Below, piece after piece: positions 53,270 through 64,000 of a stretch of 64,000 bases of DNA (the stretch's first letter is position 1; each line of letters begins with the position of its first letter). The stretch is taken from the NCBI RefSeq assembly GCF_001194135.2, contig NC_069001.1, positions 20,180,047 to 20,244,046 of the forward strand, given 5' to 3'. This stretch comes from Octopus bimaculoides. Its lineage: Eukaryota. The notes below the pieces were generated by a model that was given only the letters and a program-made list of their open reading frames with translations, searched no databases and was not told the DNA's origin. Made by a program: the position numbers and the translations under genes.

Positions 53270-53720
53270 TGACTTTTGCTTTGTATTTGTACAAGTTGAC
53301 TCCAAGTCTCACTCATAAACTTCAAGAGACAAGTTAGAAGTTCAAGTCGATATTGACTAGGGTGCTATATTTTTGGTTTTGCATAGTGTTGTTCTAGAGA
53401 ATGTCTGTCAAAGCGTAAGAAAATTAGGAATTTGTTTTAAAAGTAATTTGATGATAAGGTGATAGTATGATCTTAAGGTGACAATAAAAGGTGTGTGCTA
53501 ATATGTACATTTAAAAGTACTTTTGATAATGTTCTCAGATTAAAATGTTTTTGGAATTACATAGACAATATTTTTCATAGGATGTGAGCAGTTCCTATGA
53601 GCACTATTTTTTTGAATTTCTTCCATTTTTTTTATTTCCTTGTATCCAGGATAGGTAATGAGTTGGTATTTTGACTGATATTCTAAAGATTCTGCCAGCT
53701 CGCCACATTTGTACAAACTA
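53270..53720 (-). mobile_element. R4/Dong-like RLE LINE 3' end
   Basis: Minus strand MEEIQKIVLIGTAHIL-KILSM-stop, then a UTR ending in a long (TAA)n tract. Confidence 0.7.
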
Positions 53721-53999
53721 ATAATACAAATATTTATTTACTGGAGAAACAAAAAAATGAGCAAATCATATCTTACTTAGAAAATTGTTCTTTGTTTAGA
53801 GTTGGAATGAATGACCAAAGTGACAGACAGCAGTAACAGAGAGACAGGCATACACACAATCTTTGAAGCACCTAAAGCTGTCCCAATTCTAAGATGAATT
53901 TCTTATAAAAGAGAGGAAGAATGTGAATGTTAAGAAGTTTCTAAATAGAATAATAGATAATTTTTTTTTCTAGTAAAAATACACAGAAAAATTATTTAT

Positions 54000-54345
54000 T
54001 GGTTCAATTGAAACCAGTGAGCTACAGGACTGTACCAGGCTTTAGTATAGTTTCTATGGCTGGATGTCTTTCCTAATACCAAACCCTTTACTGAGTGTAC
54101 AAGGTGTTTTTTGTGACACCAGCACAAATAACTTGCAAGACAAGACACCTCAACTTAGTTGGAGTCTACATTGAGAGAAGTAGCACCAGGCTCTAGTCAT
54201 CTGTTTTGGCTTGGTTTCTATGGCTGGATGCCTTTCTTAACACCAGCCACTTTACAGAGTGTGCCAGGTGTTTTTTATGTGTCACCAGCACAGGTGATTT
54301 TCACATGTCACTGACACAGGTGCCTTTTATGTGTCACCAGCACTG
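54000..54345 (-). mobile_element. Decayed RTE-tailed SINE fragments
   Basis: gtttctatggctggatg.ctt.c.taa.acca repeated twice; ttttatgtg.caccagcac units. Confidence 0.6.
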
Positions 54346-54977
54346 GCAATGATCATGTTTCACTTAGCTTGACATGTCACCTCAGGCACAGCAAATTGCC
54401 AGAAGTCTCAACCACTTGTCATTGCTTCCGTGAGACTCAACAACCAAAGGATTATATTTCATCACCCCATCCTACATCTTCCTGGGTCTATCCCTTCTAC
54501 AGGTTCTCTCCACAATTAGAGATTGGCACAAGATATTGAAAACAAGCCAAATTATCACAGTCTGTTAACATAAACTTAGTAACATTTGCTAATGGCAGGT
54601 TGGCATTTATGTTGAGAGGTCATATAATCTCATTATACTCCCATCCTGAGTATACATAACGTACACCTATTGTATACCTTACACTATTTAATGACCAAAT
54701 TACCTTTAAGAAGAATCTATCTATGATCTCAATGAAAAATTATCTCAGAAAGGTTAACGTAATGTTGACAAACTTTCATCTGTTAGTCAGCTATTTGCAA
54801 TGAGTGAATGCTTATAAAACTAAAGCAGTGGTGCACCACTCTGGTGGCCAGTTGTGATAGCAAAACATGACAGCCACAATATATAAACATCTTTAAATCT
54901 GAAAGTAGACAAGTTGAGATACAGTTCTCCCATAACCTACCATACTTGAGAGCATAAAAGCCTCGTGGGCACCTTAA

Positions 54978-55215
54978 CCCTTTAGCATTCAGATTATTCA
55001 GTCAATTGTAATGCTTATTTATTCATATTGTTTTGAAAAAACACCTGGCATACTCTGTAAAGTGGTTGGCATTAGGAAGGGCATCCAGCCATAGAAACCA
55101 AGCCAAAACAGATGACTAGAGCCTGGTGCAGCTCTCTGGCTTACCAGTCCCAGTCAAATCATTTAACCCATGCCAGCATAGAAAACAAGCATTAAATGAT
55201 GATAATGATGATGAT
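54978..55215 (+). mobile_element. piggyBac-like MITE half interrupted by an RTE-tailed SINE
   Basis: ttaa-ccctttagcattcagatta, then ggcattaggaagggcatccagcc...catgccagcat...(gat)n. Confidence 0.6.
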
Positions 55216-55959
55216 GGTAACAGTTATTGTTCCTAATAAATTCCTTAGCCTATGGCACCTGGCTTCCCATCCATAATACAGTTGCAGTAGACACAAGGTG
55301 ATTTTTTTGATACATTTAAAAATGGAAAAAGTGCTGGTAAATACAGTAATTGTCTTACAGGATAGTGAATATAAATTCAATGAAGTGTTAAATGTTGCAG
55401 TTCAAACAGAACAGAGTTAGTTAATTTACTCTGATTCCAAGAGAATGAGTAAATGGCATCACAATTAGAATTACTAATAAAATATCCCTGGCAATAAACA
55501 ACAGACTGAGCAATCTGTCCTCATGCATTTAGCAAAACTTCAGTTCAAAATTCCAATGTAGCAAGTACCTGAAGAAGGGCAGAGAGTACAAGTCTAAATA
55601 CGACTGAGAACCAAAATTTGAATGTATCATTGTATAATAATGAAAATAGCTCATCTCAGAAATTCAGGCAGAAATGATTTAATCCTGGAAAGGGTACTCT
55701 ACTAATTTTTCCACATCACCTTTGCACTAATTCAGTATGATAAAGAATAGGAATGTTTGAACATAGCCCAAAAGACTCAAATGAAGATAGTTTTACTAAA
55801 TCTAATGCTGATTTAAGATGAGCAGCAGCAGTACCTCTTTTCTTTTACTCTCTTTCATTTCTGTACACATTTTGAATTATGTACTTTTATCAAAAGTTGT
55901 TTTTGCTTTTCTTTTTTCATTTCTGTATTTTTCTTTTTTTTTTTTCCCCTCCTGAACAG

Positions 55960-55994
55960 GTGTTGTGAGCCATGCCTACTGCAATACTATGTAG
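55960..55994 (+). CDS. MAP7: Candidate MAP7 terminal exon B (...DVS-GVVSHAYCNTM-stop)
   Basis: Very long polypyrimidine tract ending cctgaacag|G. Phase 1 gives GGT GTT GTG AGC CAT GCC TAC TGC AAT ACT ATG TAG. Confidence 0.45.
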
Positions 55995-56541
55995 AAGTGA
56001 TTAGTGTGTGTGTGTGTGTGTGTGCGCATGTGAAGATTTCATTGCCATTCTATCCTGTCTTACACTACATTCCCCATGTCATTGTCTCATTTTATTATCC
56101 ATTTTCCTGCATAACCTCATACCTTGTTCTTGAGGTAAAGATTGGAATATGCAGGAGTATGTTAGCCAGATCACTTGAAATAATTCATAGATTTAAATAA
56201 TAGACATAATAATGAAAGAATCTAATCATGGTCCAAAACCTAGGAGTAATGTTGTGCTGCTAGTGGTATTACTTATGTCATAATGGGTGTTGAGATAGTT
56301 TTTGAGAAGTAGGGAACAACTTCCATTCTTTCATCTAAACCCAGTTGTGTATTTACAAGAGGTCTATTTTTATCCACAGCAGAGATAATGTAAAGTTAAC
56401 TAAATACATCCTGTCTTCCCATTTAAAGTCTAATGTATATTTACATGAGGGATTTTTGCTATCCAGTCTACAATTGGATGTCTTTCAAAATATACACTAA
56501 TATCTATCAGCATGCACAAATATCTGCACAAATAGCATGTA

Positions 56542-57442
56542 TGTGGTCTGATCAATAAGTATCTGAACTGTTGCCATAGTAATGAAGCTAAAGCACGCAG
56601 AGTTAAGCCACTTGGCACAGATAGACCTTGAACTCTGCTGTGCATGCGCACTAAGTTTTGACATCCTAGCTCTCCTCCGCTGTTTACAGCAGTGGCTGGA
56701 AGGAAGGTATATAGCATGTGATCATCTCATTGACCATGACAGAGAAAGTTGAGCAGAGAATCTGCATCAAATTTTGCCAAAAGCTCAGAGGCCTACGCAA
56801 AGTTTGCAAAAAGATTTTATCGTTCTTGACACTATCAAGGAGATCTTGTGCAACTGAAACCCAAGTGTCTTTTTGGTCAGCTGAAATCTTCACTGATCTG
56901 CACATCCTCAGATAACTCGTGGATAGTGATTCGACATTTTCCCCTCACAGCTGCACGCACATCTGTGATGTTTTTCTCTATATAACTGAGCTTCACTCTG
57001 CATGCTTTAGCTTCTTACTCTTATTTTATTTGTTTCAGTCATTTGACTGCGGCCATGCTGGAGCACTGCCTTTAGTCAAGCAAATCGGCCTTAGTACTTA
57101 TTCTTTGTAAGCTTAGTACGTATTCTATTGGTCTCTTTTGCCAAACTGCTAAGTTACAGGGACATAAACACACCAGCATCGGTTGTCAAGTGATGTTGGG
57201 GGGACAAACACATACACATATATTATTTATATATGCACAACAGGCTTCTTTCAGTTTCCATCTACCAAATTTCACACACAAGGCTTTGGTTGGCCTGAGG
57301 CTATAGTAGAAGACACTTGCCCAAGTTGCCACAAAGTGGGACTGAACACAGAACCATGTGGTTGATAAGCAAGCTACTTACCACACAGCCACTCCTGCAC
57401 CTCACTATGGCAACAGTCCGGATACTTATTGATCAGACCTCG
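56542..57442. mobile_element. Deleted and rearranged mariner element
   Basis: 39-bp inverted ends (35/39 match) flanked by TA on both sides. MTEKVEQRICIKFCQKL on +; RITIHELSEDVQIS and SADQKDTWVSVAQDLL on -. Confidence 0.8.
57003..57402 (-). mobile_element. CORE-type SINE inserted in the mariner element
   Basis: Same family as 34900 and 37726; its head abuts the right mariner TIR. Confidence 0.85.
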
Positions 57443-60400
57443 TATAAAATTGAGCTTTTAGTAGATTTTAGTAGGTAGATGATTGAATGATGTGTCTAGG
57501 ATGGAAAATTTGTATTACAATAAATAGAGAATGGATAACAAAATTAGTTTCATACTGTTTTCTTAAATCAACCCTCTGAAATACTTCACAATTTCTTTTG
57601 TATTTGTTATCCTACAGTATGGCAAGGTTAAAAGCAAGAAAACAAAACAAAACTATCAATTCTACAGTTTTTCTTTGTTGTACTTTGGAGAAATGTACAT
57701 TGATTCTTGCTCGTCACTCTGGCTAAACTCATCTTGATTGAATATCACTTTTAAGTATGGAATCAGTTCTTTCTTCTCTCTCCCCTCCTCCTCCTTTTTC
57801 CTCTCCCCTCTTCTTCCTCTCTCTCCAGTTTTGGTTAGATATACTTCTCTAATGCTAACTATTTCAGTGACCCTCCCAGGAGATGACTCTGGGAGTTACA
57901 AACGTGAATCTCCCTATCTTGGTAAAGTAGCAAACACATAAGAATTGGAGATTGTTGCTAGCAGTTAATGTTATCAAATTTTAAGAGTCTCAAGCATATT
58001 CCCAATTTCCTCTGTGGTAATCTTTGACTAGTTCAGGCTTTGTCACATGTGACTGAAATAACGTTTCAAACAACAGGTACCTATCTCTCATGCTAGTGGA
58101 GTGATGTGCTCTCCAGAAAATCTTGTCATAATATGGAGGGATGAAGATATCATTTGGCAAAAATATGTAAGAAGGTATAAAGTCTATTGTGCTAGTTGTA
58201 GGTTGTCAGTTCAAAGCAGCATTGTGGCAATAGTAGTAGATGTCAGTTGGTAGATAGCAGGTGATGACAGAAACAAGTCAATAGAATAGTGGGAGAAGTA
58301 GGCACAGTGGTAAGAGGTGGGAATTGTAAAAAAAGTTTGCACAGTAAAAAATTAAAGCAACTTCATTGCATTTTTGATCTCTTGGTCTCTTGGATTGTTA
58401 GCTTCCTGTCAGGATCACACTGTTGCCGCATGTGTTGATGGAGCGCATTCTGTCCTTCAGCATGCCCTCAGGTTAATTTTGTCCACTTTCTTGTATACAC
58501 CATGACTTGCTTGCTACCACATCCAGAATCTCACACTTTTACACAAATGACACCACCCTTCATTCCACCCTACTATTCTTCAACCATGAATTATCCATTC
58601 ACAACCTAAACACTATATATGTGTGTATGTGTGTGTGTAATAGTTAAGGAAAGGAACAAAAACTTAAAGAAAAATACAAGATGGAAGGATAAGTTTTAAC
58701 AAATAATGTATTAGTTTAATGGTTAAATAGGAAGGGAAAGAGAAGCAGAGGGAGGAAGTGAAAGTGGGAAAGTGGTTGAGAAGAGGGAGGAAAAAGATCT
58801 CTGGGCAAAGGGTGATGGGCCAGGTGAGAATGCAGTCCTATGAGGGATGAATTAAGAAGGGAAGATTGGGTTTGGGGGGGGGGGTACCTATTGAAGTGTG
58901 TCCATGTTTTAAGATAGCCATAAGGGCAGGGAGCTCTGTGTGTGTGTGTGTGTGTGTAGAGGTGTGCAAGTATGGGAGTATAACAGCAAGGGTTTGTAGG
59001 AGAATTGGGTATTGGTGTGTGTGCATAATCATTATGTATGAGGAGCACATGGAAGGAGCTGGGAGTGGGTGCAAATGAGTTAAAAGAGAAAGTAATTGAA
59101 ATGCTGGGAGGTAGAAGGGTTAGGGTTAGGGTTACGAGTGTGAGATATTATAATGTGGAAGAAAGTTATCAACAGCAGGGTACAATGGGGGTGTGCAAGA
59201 AAAAGAAACTTGTTCTGTGAGGGATGTGAAGCATGTGGAAGAGCAAGTAGAATGTGATAGAGGTGAATATAAAATGTATAAACAGAAGGGAGAATGAAAA
59301 GAAAGAAAATAGAAAAAGAAAAACAAAATGAGAAAAATTAATATACAATTTCAAGGGGGCGAATGAGAGAAAATTAATAAAAAACTTTGCAGGGAAATTG
59401 GGGGAAAAAATTATTACAATAAATCAATGATAAAAATTAAATAAATAACAATACTGTACTTGTGAAAAGTTCAGGAAAGTACACAACTGTTACAAGTCTG
59501 TAGAGATAGAAATGTCCATGTCATGGTGAGGAAGTGATAATTGAAAAACAGAAGGCAGCCAATTGATGGGGAAGCGTATGACACAGTTTTAAGGCATTTT
59601 TAACAGACAAAAGAGGAAGTCTTACAACTTCTAAGATGCTGAGAATCCAAAGTTGGTGAAAGTAGTAAAGTCCATAGTGAGAGAAAATCATCATCTTCCA
59701 TGCTGGCATAGGTAGGACAGTTTGACAGGAGCTGGCAAACCAGAGAGTTGCACCAAGTCTATTTTGACGTGGTTTCTATGACTGAATGCCCTTCCTAACA
59801 CCAACCACTTTACTAGGTGCTTTTTTTTATGTGGCACCAGAGAGTTAGAGAAAGATAGAAATACTGTCAGAGAACGAGAGACAGTGAGTGAGAGAGAAAG
59901 AGAGATGGGAAATACCATTATGAAGAAGGGATAAAGTGAGAGAAATAGAAGTGGCTCTGAAAGGAAGGTAGATCATAAAGTAGGTGGATGATGTGAAAGG
60001 TGTAGGAGAGGTGGGTGAGGGGGATGTAGAGGTACATAAAGGTAGCTATAGTGAGTGGGGTGTGATAGTAAATATGAAAGAATGTTGAAAATGATAACAT
60101 TTATGAGGGGTGTTAAGATAGGGTTTGACAGAGGAGAGGGAGGGATAACTGAAAGTACAGAAGGACACTGATCCGGGTAAAAATAGTGTGGGAAGGGATG
60201 AAAGCAGTTCCAAGGGTAGAGGAGGTAAAGGGTTATGCAAAGAATAGGTTTTTATTTCCAAGTTGTGCTTTCACACTCAGAATTTCATTTCTAATACACA
60301 CACGTGCACGCACACACACACACATATTTATTTATCTGTTTATATAGCATAGAATTTAAATTATACAAGTAACCAGTTTTTAAGCTTCCTTGTGTATTTC

Positions 60401-60653
60401 TACATGTCTGAAGGGAAACCATTAGGGGAACTCATTAGTGCACTTATTATTTTCTTGGAATTTGTCATTGGGTATGTCACAGAGTACTTATAGGAAACAA
60501 AACAAAAGAGGAGAGATGGTTTATAAAATCTTACACCAGCTTATGAGTGTTTCATTAATAAAAAAAACAGTTAATAGTTATATAATGTAAATTATATTCA
60601 AATAGCATTGTCAAATCTTCATACATGCATGCATATATATATATATATATATA

Positions 60654-61167
60654 CAAATATGTGTTAAAAGCAGCTTGAGGGCTTTAAACAATATTGAACA
60701 CACATACACAAAGTTTATGTTTTGCTATTTTGTGGGTAGACTGCACTTAAAAGTGTAAGAAAATATATTCTCTTGAATGTGCCTGGTGTTAAAACACCTG
60801 GAAGTCATAGACGAGAAAGATAACTCACATCAAATCCCATTCAGGAGTGATGGGCATTGATGTTTCGTAATTTTTGTGACTTGTCAATATTGCATACCCG
60901 AAATGAGGCCCAATGCAAGCGAAATCACTGTCTATGACTCTATGCAAAATGGTGTAAGAATCATCTGTTGGTATGTCCCAACATTTCATACCACAGAAAA
61001 AAGTTCAAATATGAGTTAAAAGCAGTTGGAGGTATATAAACAATATCAAACTCGCATACACAAGGTATATATTTTGCTAGTTCGTGGGTAGGTTGCACTT
61101 ACAGGTGTAAAAGAATATATTCTCTTCAATGTGCCTGGTCTTAAAACAGTAGACAAGCAAGATAACT
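60654..61167. repeat. Diverged direct repeat of about 170 bp, 352-bp offset
   Basis: 60654-60825 aligns with 61006-61167 (caaatatg.gttaaaagcag ... tgcactta ... aatatattctctt.aatgtgcctggt.ttaaaaca ... gataact). Confidence 0.8.
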
Positions 61168-61662
61168 TGAATTTGAGCTTTGGCGAGGAAGAACTGATGT
61201 CATCAGACGGTATCCAACATTCATCAGATATTTTGACCCTGAACCATATCACTCTTCTGATGGTAGGTCAGCAGAGGCAGCCAAATCACTACTCACCTCC
61301 TCCTGGCTTCCAGCTATATATAAATTGCACATCCTTTTTGAAGAAGCTATAGGGCGGATACACAAGTATTTAATTTTATAAATATATATATATATATATA
61401 TATATAAAGATAGATAGATAGATAGATATGTTTCTTTATTGGCCACACACGGCTGAACACAGAGGAGACAAAATACAAAGTAGAGCTTTTCTTTTTGGGA
61501 AGGGAAGAAAAAAAAGTTGATGAGAGATTCACCAGAGAGGAAAGTGTTTGTCTCTAGACCTTTCAGACACATCCACCATACACAATCTTTCACTATAGCC
61601 ACAAGTACAATGTAAATGGCTCTTCCTTCCCATTTCAAAGATAGAAAGATAGATTGATAGAG

Positions 61663-61693
<31 letters not shown>

Positions 61694-62132
61694 TAGAAAG
61701 AAAAAATCTGCCTCAACAAATTCTGACCTATTCAAGCATAGAAGTGAATATTAAATTGATGCTGCTGATGGTGATACACTTGTACACATTCACACACTAA
61801 CACATATATATAGTACATATCATTCATTTGTTCACTCATTTCTATGTCCATTTTTCAATGCTAGCAGGGTTTAGATGAATGTGTAATTAACTGAGTCATT
61901 GTTTTACAATCTGTTGCTCTTCCCCTTATCTGCTCTTAAGTGTATTTCAAATAAGGGATCTTTTATGCCACACTGTTTCAAAGGCAAGGAGCAACTGGAT
62001 GATTTCTTAACAGGAAAACTCACATCATTAATTGTGGAGTGCAACTGTCATAGAAGCAAATGCAGGTGTAAATAAACGCACATAGGTTCACACACACTTG
62101 CATGCATGCATGTATGTGTATGTATGTATGTG

Positions 62133-62171
<39 letters not shown>

Positions 62172-62182
62172 GGAGAGAGTGG

Positions 62183-62624
62183 GGGAGAATTCCATAATAA
62201 ATGTTAATATAGACTTAAGACTGTAAATGTGATAACCAAAATACCCCATAGATATAGTTTATAAATAGTATTCTTATTACAACAATGTTGTTTGTTACTT
62301 CTGAAAGTATTGATAGAGTTTGGATATGCACCATATATGGTCCCTTATTTTGTAAATAACAATATCGATTAGTTCATCGAGAACTGTACTTGTTGCTTGT
62401 TTGGTTTGTATTGATGATTTCTGTCGATTCACTAAATTCTCCCTTCCATGGTGTGCGAATAACGATCATTATTTAAGTAACTTTGAATCTGGTTACCCCT
62501 AAAAAATTAGTAAATTTGATTTCCATTACTATAGCCTAAAAAAAAATATATATATCTATGGGGTATTTTGGTTATCACATTTACAGTCTTAAGTCTATAT
62601 TAACACTTAGTACGGAATTCTCCC
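62183..62624. mobile_element. Fold-back or MITE-like element with 74-bp inverted arms
   Basis: 62183-62256 is the reverse complement of 62551-62624 with 3 mismatches. Confidence 0.8.
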
Positions 62625-63499
62625 TACAATAAATTAAGTAAACAAAGAAAAAATTTTCATTAGGTTTCTATTCATATCTCCTATGGAATTATCCCTCCGA
62701 GAAAATAAATATAGAAGATTATTATTAATTAATTTAAGCAACAATTTTTTTATATCAATTGATTTAAATAAATAAAAAAGTTGTATTGAAGATGTTATTG
62801 TTTATATATTTTTTGTTGCAGAAGACATAGATACTTAATTATATACATTTATATACTCACTTATCTTATCGTTGTATGTTGTGGTGACAAGCGACTATCT
62901 TGGACATGATAGGGTTTCAATTGGTATGTGCTTGAGATATAATGAAGAGAATTTCTCAATGGTTGTGGATTGCACTTACTTAGTTGTATCGTCCATTAAA
63001 GTGTTTTTGTTGTTTTTTAACTGTAATTGATGCATGATTGAATAGTTAACACTCACGCTCATAATACATAGACATTTGAATTAATTTTTACAATTCAGCC
63101 ATCCTTTCACACAGAATTTTGCCTTTTTCTAAACCATGACTGTAAAGTGACTTTATATAGAAGGAAACTGTGATTATGTGTCTCAGAAAATACATATATT
63201 AGTCAAAACAATTTGTTGGCCTCTTATGGTTTTTATAATTATTTATGTTATATTATATTCATAGCATTTAATGTAATATTGTAATATAAATAAATTATCG
63301 GATTGTTAATAGTATATCTCTATATTTAATTTATCTTTATAATTGAATTATACCAATATTTATATGGCATCCAACTGATGTACCAGTGAATTGGATGTTT
63401 AACACACCCCTTTGAAGGATTTCTTTTCCTCAATTTGTTACTATATATATATACAGGCACAGGTGTAGCTGTGTGTTTCAGAAGTTTGCTTTCCAGCCA

Positions 63500-63840
63500 C
63501 TTGGCAGTCCAGATTGAGTAGCATAGGGAAAGACAGAAAGTTGCTTTTGTATTTTCCAAGATTAGCCTTAGCTTAATTATCCTATTATACACACTGACTT
63601 CTTCGATCACTTTATCTACCTATAGTTATTTACCGTTAAAGAGTCTAGCTGAGGCTCCCCTCCATTTTACCTCTTGCATGGAACACATCTACATGCCTCC
63701 ATTCTAGCATTTCACTAATTTCACCAGACTACCTTTCATTGTTCCTACATTGGCCGTGGCTGTTCTAAAATTGCAATCTTCATATGATGACCAAGGAGCT
63801 GAGCGACACTTTCCAGCATCTGAAAAGGTTTGTGGGAATG
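63500..63840 (-). mobile_element. RTE LINE endonuclease fragment
   Basis: FRTATANVGTMKG and DKVIEEVSVYNRIIKLRLIL, with stops. Confidence 0.7.
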
Positions 63841-64000
63841 GTTGCTCACAGGCAGACTGCATTTGCACATTATCAGATGGACAATTATTAATATCATCAC
63901 TCAATTAAACCACCATTTCCCCAGATCTTTAAACATTTGGAGCTAAGTAAATAAATATACAAATATGTGTGTGTGTCTGTGTATATATAAAAGACACACA

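Noticed and set aside
52192-53337. ORFs with poly-N, poly-I, poly-S, poly-T
   Set aside because: Translations of (TAA)n and (TAG)n microsatellites.
59115-59133. gggttagggttagggtta telomere-like repeat
   Set aside because: Under three units inside a purine-rich tract; too short to call an interstitial telomere.

Overview
AT-rich, microsatellite-laden eukaryotic genomic DNA with five N-gaps. The SINE, LINE and MITE families look like those of octopus (inferred from family recognition, not a search). The only well-supported host gene is the 3' half of a + strand MAP7/ensconsin-family gene: seven phase-consistent GT-AG coding exons from 1041 to 43071, a 28-kb intron (14424-42775), and a terminal exon that cannot be fixed from sequence alone (best candidates 43447 and 55960). 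The rest is intron or 3' flank filled with decayed elements: RTE, CR1-like, RLE-type (HERO-like and R4/Dong-like) LINEs, a Gypsy-like fragment, Tc1 and mariner elements, piggyBac-like MITEs, fold-backs and tRNA-derived SINEs. I found no convincing novel multi-gene system. The best leads are: a CpG-retaining island with antisense splice signals inside the big intron; a 1.2-kb DD36E (Incomer-like) Tc1; possible alternative C-termini for MAP7, one ending in a CaaX-like CNTM; a near-perfect 81-bp intronic hairpin; and a duplicated internally deleted mini-RTE.
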